Origin: an uncultured Clostridia bacterium
GTDB lineage: Bacteria > Bacillota > Clostridia > Christensenellales > CAG-314
Assembly (NCBI GenBank): GCA_947570215.1
Contig: CANOTO010000007.1
Coordinates: forward strand, 31,537 to 95,536
DNA: 64,000 bases
Direction of reading: 5' to 3'
The position numbers and the translations under genes were made by a program. This document shows positions 8,987 through 18,131 of the stretch, in pieces. Position 1 is the first letter of the stretch, and every line of letters starts with the position of its first letter. The notes under the pieces were generated by a model that saw nothing but the letters and a program-made list of their open reading frames with translations, made no database searches and was not told the DNA's origin.

Positions 8987-10138
8987 ATGAGAGCTTTCAT
9001 TCTCGTAATAGACGGCTTTGGTATCGGAGCTATGCCCGATTGCAAAAAGTTTAACGATTACGGCGCAAATACTTTGAAAAATATACGTCACGCTTACGAC
9101 CTTAATTTGCCTATTCTTGCGGAGATGGGGCTGTACAATATAGACGGCACTTATAATGACGACAGACAGCCGATAGGCGCATATGCAAGATTGGAAGAAT
9201 TGTCGAAGGGAAAGGATACGACGGTAGGACATTGGGAAATGGCCGGAGTTATAACCCGCGAACCGCTGCCTACTTTTCCCAACGGATTTCCGCAGAATTT
9301 CGTAGCCAAATTAGAAAAAGAATTAGGCGCGAAAATACTTTGCAACAAGCCGTACAGCGGTACGGAAGTAATCAAAGATTACGGCGAAGAACACTTGAAA
9401 ACGGGATATCCTATAGTTTATACTTCGGCGGACAGCGTGTTGCAGATAGCCGTTCATATGGATAAATACACGATAGACGAGCTGTACGAAATGTGCGAAA
9501 AAGCGCGTAGATTGTGTTCGGGAGCTTACGGAGTGGGGCGCATTATTGCAAGACCGTTTACAGGCTCGTATCCTTTTACGCGTACGTCCGAACGTAAAGA
9601 CTTTTCGTTGGATCCTACGGGCAAGACTTTGCTCGATTGCGTAAAAGAAGCGGGAATGGAAAGCGTTGCCGTAGGAAAAATAGAGTACATTTTTAACGGT
9701 AGGGGAATAACGCGCAGTATTCATACCGAAAGCAATTTGGACGGTTTGAATAAAACTATCGAAATAGCGAAGGAACGGTTTGACGGGTTGGTATTTGTCA
9801 ATCTGGTTGATACAGATATGAAATACGGGCACAGAAGGGACGTATTCGGATACGCCGAAGCGTTAGAAGAAATCGACGGGAAAGTAAGCGAGCTTATTAA
9901 ATTGCTGCATCACGACGATGTTTTGTACATAACGGGAGATCACGGCTGCGATCCGACGCATAAGCTTCATACGGACCATACGCGCGAGTATACTCCGTTA
10001 CTTATTTACGGCTGCGACGTAGTTCCCACCAACTTGGGAACGCTGAAGGGCTTCGACGTCATTAACGATACGATAAAGGAGCAATTGGGTATTGCCGATA
10101 CTACGTCTAAGTCGGTTTGGGAACGAGTGACAAGATAA
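8987..10138 (+). CDS. deoB: Phosphopentomutase
   Basis: MRAFILVIDGFGIG at the N-terminus, GHWEMAG, and a C-terminal GDHGCDPT metal-binding motif. Confidence 0.9.
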   Translation: MRAFILVIDGFGIGAMPDCKKFNDYGANTLKNIRHAYDLNLPILAEMGLYNIDGTYNDDRQPIGAYARLEELSKGKDTTVGHWEMAGVITREPLPTFPNGFPQNFVAKLEKELGAKILCNKPYSGTEVIKDYGEEHLKTGYPIVYTSADSVLQIAVHMDKYTIDELYEMCEKARRLCSGAYGVGRIIARPFTGSYPFTRTSERKDFSLDPTGKTLLDCVKEAGMESVAVGKIEYIFNGRGITRSIHTESNLDGLNKTIEIAKERFDGLVFVNLVDTDMKYGHRRDVFGYAEALEEIDGKVSELIKLLHHDDVLYITGDHGCDPTHKLHTDHTREYTPLLIYGCDVVPTNLGTLKGFDVINDTIKEQLGIADTTSKSVWERVTR

Positions 10139-10152
10139 CAATAAATAAACGG

Positions 10153-10184
10153 AAACCGTCGAACGCAAATCGACGGTTTTTTTT
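10153..10184 (+). terminator. Rho-independent terminator after deoB
   Basis: Stem AAACCGTCGA/TCGACGGTTT with a 7-nt loop, followed by a T8 run. Confidence 0.65.
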
Positions 10185-10265
10185 ATGCTGCAAACGCATA
10201 TTGCGGTTTTACATAATAATTACCGTATTGCAAATACTATTGTCAAAAAGTACAAGGAGATAGTT

Positions 10266-11411
10266 ATGAGAAAAATTGTAACTCTTGCGATATGTTTTGC
10301 AGTGTTAACCGCTATTCTTATACCGGTAACCGCTTGTGCGCGGCCTGCAACCGCGCTTGCGTCCCAGTCGCGAGAAGCGATTCTAATGTCGGAAGACGGA
10401 CAAATCATTTTCGAAAACAACGCGACGGAAAAACGTCCGATTGCCAGTATGACGAAGATTATGACTCTTCTGTGCGTGTACGACGCTATAGATTCTGGCA
10501 AAGCCGCTTTGGATGACGACGTAACCGCGAGTACTAACGCCGCGTCGATGGGTGGCTCGCAGGTGTTTTTGGACGCTAATGCAACGTATAAAATGGCCAA
10601 CCTTATAAAGTCGATTGTCGTTTGTTCTGCCAACGACAGCTGCGTTGCGGTTGCCGAGCATTTGGACGGCAGTGTGCAAGGCTTTGTAAAACGCATGAAC
10701 GCCAAAGCCAAAGAGCTTAATTTGGTGGCAACGAATTTCGAAAACTGCACGGGCTTGCCCGCCGTAAGTCAATATTCCTGCGCTAAGGACGTTGCGGTAA
10801 TGTTTGCGAATCTTATTAAGCACGAGCATTACTTTGCTTGTTCTCGCATATGGATGGAAGACTTTGTTCATCCGTCGGGACGTGTAACGGGCATGACCAA
10901 TACAAACCGTCTTATTCGATTTTACGACGGCTGCGACGGTGGCAAAACGGGTTATACAAGCGAAGCGCAACACTGTTTGTCGGCTACGGCAAAACGCGGG
11001 GATACGCGCGTTATAGCGGTAGTGGTAGGCGCGCCTGACAGTAAAACGCGTTTTAAGGAAGTAAGCGAAATGTTTAATTACGCGTTTGCCAATTACGAAA
11101 ATAAGGTTTATGTAAATAAAAACGGCGAAGTAGGCAGCATTGCAATAAGCGGCGGAAAAGAAAGCGCAGTAAACGTAATATCCGCGGACAAGCTTACCGC
11201 TTTCGGTAAAAAAGGCGAAGCGGACTACAACGTAGAGTATGAAATCGAAACGAGCGTTAAAGCTCCAGTTAAACGCGGAGACGTAGTTGGTAAGGCTAAG
11301 CTGTTGGACGTTAACGGAAACGTTGTAAAAGAAACCGCGCTGACCGTGCAAAAGGATATTGAAGCAAAATCTTATTGGGATTACGTTAAAGATATTGCAA
11401 CGAACAATTAA
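10266..11411 (+). CDS. D-alanyl-D-alanine carboxypeptidase (PBP5 family, DacB/DacF-like)
   Basis: Signal peptide, SxxK motif (ASMTKIMT), SAND (SxN) and KTGYT (KTG) motifs. ATG 10266 is preceded by AAGGAGA. Confidence 0.85.
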   Translation: MRKIVTLAICFAVLTAILIPVTACARPATALASQSREAILMSEDGQIIFENNATEKRPIASMTKIMTLLCVYDAIDSGKAALDDDVTASTNAASMGGSQVFLDANATYKMANLIKSIVVCSANDSCVAVAEHLDGSVQGFVKRMNAKAKELNLVATNFENCTGLPAVSQYSCAKDVAVMFANLIKHEHYFACSRIWMEDFVHPSGRVTGMTNTNRLIRFYDGCDGGKTGYTSEAQHCLSATAKRGDTRVIAVVVGAPDSKTRFKEVSEMFNYAFANYENKVYVNKNGEVGSIAISGGKESAVNVISADKLTAFGKKGEADYNVEYEIETSVKAPVKRGDVVGKAKLLDVNGNVVKETALTVQKDIEAKSYWDYVKDIATNN

Positions 11412-11449
11412 AGCTAAAACTAAGTTTGATACTTCTTTCAAACGTCGAG

Positions 11450-11479
11450 TTGACCCAAACTCGACGTTTGCTTTACTTC
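11450..11479 (+). terminator. Hairpin or terminator after the carboxypeptidase gene
   Basis: 11-bp stem AAACGTCGAGT/ACTCGACGTTT. The downstream T-tract is weak. Confidence 0.4.
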
Positions 11480-11622
11480 GGATGTTATTCTCGGTTTAGA
11501 TTGTTTGTGCGTACGTTAAATGCTTATAGCATAATAATCAATAGCCGCTTCCCAAAGAAGCGACGCCGTCAGCCGTATTGAAAGTATTTGACTTTATGCA
11601 AGCATTTTGCTACAATATATAA

Positions 11623-12336
11623 ATGATTATCGTACAGATGATAGAAGTAATACGCGAAAACGGGCGTTTGGGACTATTGTACGTTCTGGCGTTGCTTTTC
11701 GCCATAGTTTTTGCTTTGGTGCTGCACGAGATTGCGCACGGCTTGGTTGCGTTGTGGAACGGCGACCACACGGCAAAAATGTACGGTAGGCTCAGTCTTA
11801 ATCCGCTGAAACACTTTGATATTTTCGGCTTGCTGATGATGTTGGTGGTGGGCTTCGGTTGGGCAAAACCTGTGCCTATTGACCCACGCAACTTCAAAAA
11901 GTACAAAACCGGCTGCGTTACGGTATCGCTTGCGGGCATATTGATGAACGTTTTGCTTGCGTTTGTATTCGCAATGCCGACGGTGCTTTTGGGTAACATT
12001 GCGTTTACTTCTGCCGACAACGAAAGCGTATACTACTTGGTTGCTTTCTTTTACTATTTCAGTAGACTGATGGTGCAGCTTAACGTGAGTTTTGCGTTAT
12101 TCAACCTGCTGCCTTTGTTTCCGCTGGACGGGTATAGATTGCTGAGCTGCTTCGTTAACGAAAACAACGGATATATGAGATTTGTACGCAGATACAGCTT
12201 GTATATTATGTTGGGACTGATAGTGCTGGACAGCATACCTTATATATCTGCTTTTACGCCACTAAACCTTTATATCGGCACGGTGGGCGGCTGGATACAG
12301 AAAGGCTTTATTGCGTTTTGGGGGTTAATATTCTGA
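11623..12336 (+). CDS. Site-2 protease family (M50) membrane metalloprotease
   Basis: HEIAHG zinc motif in TM1, several TM helices, and a second LLPLFPLDG motif. Confidence 0.75.
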   Translation: MIIVQMIEVIRENGRLGLLYVLALLFAIVFALVLHEIAHGLVALWNGDHTAKMYGRLSLNPLKHFDIFGLLMMLVVGFGWAKPVPIDPRNFKKYKTGCVTVSLAGILMNVLLAFVFAMPTVLLGNIAFTSADNESVYYLVAFFYYFSRLMVQLNVSFALFNLLPLFPLDGYRLLSCFVNENNGYMRFVRRYSLYIMLGLIVLDSIPYISAFTPLNLYIGTVGGWIQKGFIAFWGLIF

Positions 12337-13148
12337 TGAGCGAAGAATATCAACAGCAGTATATCTTCGACGAAGCGGAAAGCTCGGAGTTGGAGCTGAA
12401 GCTGACCAATTTTTCCGGACCGTTGGATCTACTGCTGGCATTGGTTAAAGAAAACAAAATAGAGATTAAGGATATTTTCGTTTCGCAGGTAACCGAGCAG
12501 TTTTTGCAATATATGTCGCAACTTTCGGAATTGGACTTCGACAAAGCAAGCGAATATATGAATATGTCTGCCACGCTATTGGAAATTAAATCGCGTGCGC
12601 TGTTGCCTGTGCTGCCGGGTTTGGAAGACGACGAAGAATCGCCTGAAAAGGTGCTTATACGTCAGTTGGAAGAATACAAACTGTTCAAAGAAATTGTTAC
12701 CGAGCTTAAAGAACAGGAAAACGTTAATCGATTTTACCGTGAGCCGGACAAAAATGTAGGCAAAGAAATTTCCGTCATAAAAGAAAACTTGAGCGTTGAC
12801 GGCTTCGTGCAGGCGTTTCAGAAATTCCTTATGAAAATGCAGGTTAAGGCGCAGGCGGAAAACGTTTCCCGCGCTATAACCAAAGAGAGTTTTTCCGTTC
12901 CGCAAAAAATGGCGTATATACGCGAAGTGCTTTTGGTGGAAGACAAATTTCGCTTTATAGAGTTGTTTGACGAAAATGCCAGCCGCAACGAAATTGTAAC
13001 GACATTTTTGGCAGTGCTGGAATTACTCAAGCTGCAAATCGTAAAGGTCAGTCAAGCTAATTTGTTCGAAGATATATTTATAGAAAAACGTCCCGACGCC
13101 GACAGCGTCGAAGTGGTTATGGAGGATGAGTATGAGTCTTTTGAGTAA
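12336..13148 (+). CDS. scpA: Segregation and condensation protein A
   Basis: N-terminal FSGPLDLLLALVKENKIEIKDI is typical of ScpA. ATG 12336 overlaps the stop of the preceding gene. scpB follows. Confidence 0.9.
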   Translation: MSEEYQQQYIFDEAESSELELKLTNFSGPLDLLLALVKENKIEIKDIFVSQVTEQFLQYMSQLSELDFDKASEYMNMSATLLEIKSRALLPVLPGLEDDEESPEKVLIRQLEEYKLFKEIVTELKEQENVNRFYREPDKNVGKEISVIKENLSVDGFVQAFQKFLMKMQVKAQAENVSRAITKESFSVPQKMAYIREVLLVEDKFRFIELFDENASRNEIVTTFLAVLELLKLQIVKVSQANLFEDIFIEKRPDADSVEVVMEDEYESFE

Positions 13149-13758
13149 TAAGATAGAAGCAGTGCTTTTTGTTTCCGGTAAGGAAATAGAAGAAGCTTTT
13201 ATAAAAGAAAAGCTCAACGCCGATACTAAGGATTTCAACAAGGCTGTTGCGGAACTGCAAAGTAAATACAGCGGAGACAGCGGAATTCACTTATTGCGGT
13301 TTAACAAAAAATTGCAATTTTCCACTAACCCTCAGTACTCCGCAGAAGTAGAAGCCGTTCTTAATCCTATTAAAGAAAAAGAGCTTACCAATGCTATGTT
13401 GGAAACATTGGCAATTATAGCCTATAAGCAGCCCGTAACGCGATTGGACGTGGAGGAAATAAGATCCGTCGACTGCTCGTACTCCGTCCAAAATTTAGTG
13501 CGCTTAGGACTTGTAGAAGTGGTAGGACGCAAGGAAACAATTGGAAAACCGCTGCTTTTTGCTACGACTGACGACTTTTTGAAGCGTTTTTCCATAAGCG
13601 ACGTTTCGGACTTGCCCGATTACGAAACATTACTTGCAAAGCTGCAGGAGATTTCCGCAAGCGACCTGTCCGTTAAAACCGTTGAGAAGCCGATGTTTGA
13701 TAAGGTAGAAGAGGTACCGGAATTTTTAGCGGGCGAGCAGGTTGAGAAGGTCGAGTAA
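13126..13758 (+). CDS. scpB: Segregation and condensation protein B
   Basis: IEAVLFVSG..., LETLAIIAYKQPVTR and GRKETIGKPLLFATTDDFL are characteristic of ScpB. Confidence 0.9.
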   Translation: MSMSLLSNKIEAVLFVSGKEIEEAFIKEKLNADTKDFNKAVAELQSKYSGDSGIHLLRFNKKLQFSTNPQYSAEVEAVLNPIKEKELTNAMLETLAIIAYKQPVTRLDVEEIRSVDCSYSVQNLVRLGLVEVVGRKETIGKPLLFATTDDFLKRFSISDVSDLPDYETLLAKLQEISASDLSVKTVEKPMFDKVEEVPEFLAGEQVEKVE

Positions 13759-14137
13759 ATATAAACAACAGTAAGTTAATGAGCGACGTTTGGATATCCT
13801 TCAAGCGTCGTTTTAATATTTTTCTGATTTGCATTACCGATTAAAGTTTTTAAGCTATATTACTATAAATTTTGTAATTTTGTAAAATACTATGTCTATA
13901 ATAAGTTATTGTTTTAAGGATAAAAATTTCGGTTTAACAAAATACGGTCGGAAAGAATACATTCGGATATTTTTGTCAAAAATATTTTTATGAAATTACC
14001 CAAAAGCAGGAAGTACGGCTCGAATATAGACGAAAGAGAGACGTATTTGCCTAAGCAATACGACAAAGAAGATAGTCTCTGCGAAATAAGCAGAAAATAA
14101 TATTTAGTATTCCTTTATTTAGGGGGTATATTTTGTA

Positions 14138-14587
14138 ATGGAAAAAACTTACGAAATCACCAAAGACAATTATAAATCGTATGTATTCGAAAAGATGCCC
14201 AAAAGCTCGCACTGGAAGAATATGATATGGGCGTTCATAGTAGGCGGCGTAATATGTACGATAGGTCAAGCATTCATCGAGTTGTATAAACTGTGGTTTT
14301 CCGTAGAGGACGCTTCGGTATTGGCTTCCGGAACAATGGTTCTTATCGCCGCTATATTTACAGGATTGGGGATTTACGACAATATCGGTCGTTTCGCCGG
14401 CGCAGGTTCAACCATTCCCATAACAGGCTTTTCCAATGCGGTTGTATCTCCTGCTTTAGAATTCCGTTCGGAGGGGTATATTTACGGCGTCGGCGCGAAA
14501 ATGTTTTTAGTGGCAGGACCCGTTATAGTTAACGGCGTAACGATTTCCGTTATTATAGCGTTGCTTACGCTGCTTTTCGGGGGTTGA
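14138..14587 (+). CDS. spoVAC: Stage V sporulation protein AC
   Basis: 149-aa 4-TM protein with GAGSTIPITGFSNAV. It is the first gene of the spoVAC-AD-AEB triplet. Confidence 0.9.
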   Translation: MEKTYEITKDNYKSYVFEKMPKSSHWKNMIWAFIVGGVICTIGQAFIELYKLWFSVEDASVLASGTMVLIAAIFTGLGIYDNIGRFAGAGSTIPITGFSNAVVSPALEFRSEGYIYGVGAKMFLVAGPVIVNGVTISVIIALLTLLFGG

Positions 14588-14588
14588 T

Positions 14589-15590
14589 ATGGGCTACTAC
14601 AAGAATCGAACGCTTACGTTTGACAATTCATATATCATCGAAGGCTATACTGTCGCCGGACCTAAAGAAAACGACGGCCGATATAAGGGGTTCTTCGATT
14701 TGGCGTTAAACGACGATATGTTCGGACAGAACACGTTCGAGCGCGCCGAGAGAAAAATGTTCGAGCATGCGATAGACGGCGTTATAGGCAAAGCAAATCT
14801 TGAAAACGGTGACGTAGACGCGGTTTTGGGCGGTGATTTGCTCAACCAGAACGTTTCTATGTCTTTTTCCGCGCGTAATCAGCACGCGGGCTTTTTGGGG
14901 CTGTACAACGCCTGCGCGACGTATGCAGAAAGCTTGATAGTCGGTTCGTGTCTTGTGTCTAACGGTTATGAAAACGTTGTGTGCGTTGCCGGAAGTCACT
15001 TTTCTACGGCGGAGCGTCAATATAGATATCCGCTGGAATTGGGTGTACTGCGTTCGCCCGTAACGCAATGGACGGCTACCGGCGTTGGCGCGACGGTTTT
15101 ATCTAATCAAAGCGCGGTCAGCGTTCCAAAAATTACCCGCGCAACAATAGGCAGAGTGGTGGACTACGGAATAATGGACGTTAATAATATGGGGGCTGCC
15201 ATGGCGCCGTCCGCCTGCGACACTCTGGTAACGTTTTTCCGCGATACGAACGCCTGTCCCGAAGATTACGACGTGATATATACGGGCGACTTGGGAAAAT
15301 TAGGCTCGGATATACTTTTGGATCTTGCTCGGCAGGAAGGCTGTGACATTTCGTCCAAACAGCACGACTGCGGCGCTTCGCTTTACTGGGACGAGCAACA
15401 AACTTATCAGGGAGGCAGCGGCGCAGCTTGTTCCGCCTTGGTGTTCAATAGCGTTTTGCTCGGTCGTCTGCGTAGGGGTGAATACAAAAAAATACTTCTA
15501 TTAGGCACGGGCGCGCTTATGAGTCCGACCACGTCCTTCCAAGGGGACAGTATACCCGCAATTACGCACTTAGTGGAGGTTTGCATTTAG
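14589..15590 (+). CDS. spoVAD: Stage V sporulation protein AD
   Basis: 333-aa thiolase/KAS-like fold protein located between spoVAC and spoVAEB. Confidence 0.9.
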   Translation: MGYYKNRTLTFDNSYIIEGYTVAGPKENDGRYKGFFDLALNDDMFGQNTFERAERKMFEHAIDGVIGKANLENGDVDAVLGGDLLNQNVSMSFSARNQHAGFLGLYNACATYAESLIVGSCLVSNGYENVVCVAGSHFSTAERQYRYPLELGVLRSPVTQWTATGVGATVLSNQSAVSVPKITRATIGRVVDYGIMDVNNMGAAMAPSACDTLVTFFRDTNACPEDYDVIYTGDLGKLGSDILLDLARQEGCDISSKQHDCGASLYWDEQQTYQGGSGAACSALVFNSVLLGRLRRGEYKKILLLGTGALMSPTTSFQGDSIPAITHLVEVCI

Positions 15591-15591
15591 T

Positions 15592-15963
15592 ATGGAAACA
15601 TTTTGGATGTTTGTCAAAGCCTTTTTAATAGGCGGAGGCATATGCCTGATAGGTCAAATAATAATTAATTTTACGCACTTGACTAACGGTAAAATTCTTG
15701 TACTGTTCCTAATTGCGGGAGCGGTATTGGAAGGTTTCGGCTTATACAGCAAGCTGATTGAATTTGCGGGAGCGGGAGCAAGTATTCCCATTTCCGGCTT
15801 CGGCTGCGCATTGGTTAAGGGCGCGGTTAAGTCTGCGCATCAAGAAGGGGTTTACGGAGCTCTTAAAGGCGGTTTGGCGGCTTGTGCAACAGGTATATCC
15901 GTCGCAATTGTAGCAGGTTATCTGGTCGCCGTTCTGTTCCGTCCGCGTACCAAAAAGAAATAA
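15592..15963 (+). CDS. spoVAEB: Stage V sporulation protein AEB
   Basis: 123-aa membrane paralogue of SpoVAC (GAGASIPISGFG). Confidence 0.85.
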   Translation: METFWMFVKAFLIGGGICLIGQIIINFTHLTNGKILVLFLIAGAVLEGFGLYSKLIEFAGAGASIPISGFGCALVKGAVKSAHQEGVYGALKGGLAACATGISVAIVAGYLVAVLFRPRTKKK

Positions 15964-16012
15964 TTGTAACCAAACCGAGCGGTTGCGAATATACTATGGC
16001 GTAAGGTGAAGT

Positions 16013-16696
16013 ATGTATAATTACACTGTGGTAAATAAGGACGCCAAGCGTAAAAAACGTAAAAGTTTGTGGCGCAAAATCGCATTTACTATTGCCGTTA
16101 TAGTTACCATAAGCGTGTTGCTCGCGCTATGGATTTACTGGAAATCAATGACGCCGACAATTTTGGACGTGGCGGTAACACGCTTGAAATCGGAAACGGC
16201 GCGCGTTATAAACGAAGCCGTATGTTTAGCTATTACCAACGAATGCAATTACGCCGACTTTGTGACTATAGAGAAAAATTCCAATAACGATATTACTATG
16301 ATTACCGCCAACAGCAGTCTTGTTAACTCTCTCGCGCGCAATACAGCGCTGCTGTCGCAAAGTAAAATCAACGATTTGACCTCATTTGACGTGAACGTTC
16401 CGTTCGGTACACTGTCCGGTATACCGCTGTTATCCGAAAAAGGACCTAAAATAAATATCGTAGTTACGCCCGTAGGCACGGTAAATTGCACATTTACTTC
16501 GACGTTCGAAACCGCAGGGATAAATCAAACGTTACACCGTATTTATCTTAATGTGGAAAGCGTGGTGGATCTGATTATTCCTACCGCGCATACCGAAGTG
16601 GCAACCTCGACGCCAGTACTGCTTTGCGAAAGCGTAATTATAGGAAAAGTCCCCGATACATTTTTGCAGGGCGGACTGCTTCTCGGTTCTTCTTGA
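16013..16696 (+). CDS. yunB: Sporulation protein YunB
   Basis: N-terminal TM anchor. The C-terminal block IPLLSEKGPKINIVVTPVGTV...AGINQTLHRIYLNVE resembles B. subtilis YunB (LGPKIPVRF...GINNALIDI...). Confidence 0.7.
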   Translation: MYNYTVVNKDAKRKKRKSLWRKIAFTIAVIVTISVLLALWIYWKSMTPTILDVAVTRLKSETARVINEAVCLAITNECNYADFVTIEKNSNNDITMITANSSLVNSLARNTALLSQSKINDLTSFDVNVPFGTLSGIPLLSEKGPKINIVVTPVGTVNCTFTSTFETAGINQTLHRIYLNVESVVDLIIPTAHTEVATSTPVLLCESVIIGKVPDTFLQGGLLLGSS

Positions 16697-16736
16697 CGGT
16701 GTGCGATTGCGTTTTGAAAATTTTGTTGTAATTTTG

Positions 16737-16765
16737 TTGTCAAGAAACGTTTTTTTTGTTATACT
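16737..16765 (+). promoter_or_regulatory. Candidate sigma-A promoter of the pheST leader
   Basis: TTGTCA (16737-16742), a 17-nt spacer, then an extended -10 TGtTATACT (16757-16765). Confidence 0.45.
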
Positions 16766-16799
16766 GAATTTGTATTTAACGTAATAGAAAAAAACGTCG

Positions 16800-17032
16800 A
16801 CGAAGCGCAAGAGTTTACGAGCAACAACGTTTAGCGAGCAGGGGGCGGTGCAAGCCCTGCCGTTGCGTAAAAAGATATTCCCTTCCGAGTTCGAGCGGTG
16901 AAATCAGTAGCCGTTTGCGGGTAGTTTCCGTTATAAAACTCAAAGGGAAGATTATTGTTTTAATCTTTCGAAGTTAGGTGGTACCGCGCTCTATGATCGC
17001 CCTAAGTCGTATTTTGCGACTTGGGGCTTTTT
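16800..17032 (+). promoter_or_regulatory. T-box riboswitch leader (Phe) with terminator
   Basis: Conserved T-box sequence AGTTAGGTGGTACCGCG (16972-16988). GGTGCAA distal-loop-like motif. UUC codons at 16878-16892 are specifier candidates. Terminator stem 16999-17009/17017-17027 plus T5. Lies directly upstream of pheS. Confidence 0.85.
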
Positions 17033-17102
17033 GTATTTGCCTATCTAAGCATTGAAATTAAACTATTATTGTTTTAGCGCAATATCGAATAAAGGAGTTA
17101 GT

Positions 17103-18119
17103 ATGATTACTATTGGAGAAATCAAGAATAAGTTCGACGCTGAAGTCTGCGACTGTCAAACGACCGAGCAGGCGCAGGACATCAAAGTACGGTATTTGGG
17201 TAAATCCGGCGAGTTGACCGCTTTGCTTAAAGGCATAAAAGACTTATCGCCCGAAGAACGTCCTTCATTCGGAGCAAAGGTAAACGAGCTGCGAAATTAT
17301 ATTGAAAGCGCGCTGCAATCTAAGCTCGCCGAGATGAAGGAGTTGGAAATGCAACGTCGTTTACAGCAGGAAAAAGTGGACGTAAGCTTAACCGACGTTC
17401 GTCCTTGGGGCGCGCTGCACCCCGTAACGCTTGTTGAAAACGAAATTTGCCGACTTATGACGGCGATGGGCTTCGAAGTTCTGTCCGGTCCGGAAATCGA
17501 AACGGATTATTACAACTTTCAAGCTTTGAACATTCCTTACGATCATCCTGCGCGGGATATGCAGGATACCTTTTATATCACGGACGGCATATTGCTGCGT
17601 ACGCACACGTCGCCTATGCAGGCTCGCTTGATGGAAAAGAAGAAGCCGCCTATCAAAATGCTGTGCCCCGGCAAGGTGTTCCGTTCGGACAGCGACGCGT
17701 CGCATTCGCCTGTATTTCATCAAATCGAAGCTCTTGTGGTTGACGAAAACGTAACCTTGTGCGACTTGAAGGGTACTTTGGAGTATTTGGCTTCAAAGCT
17801 GTTCGGTAAAAGCACAAAAGTACGCTTTCGCCCGTCCTTTTTCCCGTTTACCGAACCGAGCGTAGAAGTGGATCTTTCTTGCAGTAATTGCGGCGGCAAT
17901 GGATGTTCGTTATGTAAAGGTACGGGTTGGATAGAAGTACTGGGGGCCGGAATGGTAAATCCGTTCGTTTTGGAAAATTGCGGGATAGACAGTTCTAAAT
18001 ACAACGGCTACGCTTTTGGCATGGGATTGGAACGCATAGCGATGATAAAGTACGGCATTCCCGATATACGCTTGTTTTACGAAAACGACGCGCGCTTTAT
18101 TAAACAATTCGGCAAATAA
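17103..18119 (+). CDS. pheS: Phenylalanine--tRNA ligase alpha subunit
   Basis: Class II aaRS motifs ([21 protein letters not shown]). ATG 17103 follows AAAGGAG. The ORF-track start at 17052 lies in the leader. Confidence 0.95.
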   Translation: MITIGEIKNKFDAEVCDCQTTEQAQDIKVRYLGKSGELTALLKGIKDLSPEERPSFGAKVNELRNYIESALQSKLAEMKELEMQRRLQQEKVDVSLTDVRPWGALHPVTLVENEICRLMTAMGFEVLSGPEIETDYYNFQALNIPYDHPARDMQDTFYITDGILLRTHTSPMQARLMEKKKPPIKMLCPGKVFRSDSDASHSPVFHQIEALVVDENVTLCDLKGTLEYLASKLFGKSTKVRFRPSFFPFTEPSVEVDLSCSNCGGNGCSLCKGTGWIEVLGAGMVNPFVLENCGIDSSKYNGYAFGMGLERIAMIKYGIPDIRLFYENDARFIKQFGK

Positions 18120-18131
18120 GGAGACAGCATA

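Noticed and set aside
10383-11441. A 352-aa ORF antisense to the D-Ala-D-Ala carboxypeptidase gene
   Set aside because: The sense strand encodes a protein with clear SxxK/SxN/KTG motifs. The antisense product is low-complexity (R/F/V-rich) and matches no family I recognise. This is a typical shadow ORF.
13955-13984. A possible sigma-G-type promoter (GAATA, 17 nt, CAAAAATA) upstream of spoVAC
   Set aside because: The -35 fits GHATR, but the -10 does not match CATnnTA, and it lies about 150 nt from the start codon. This is too weak to annotate.
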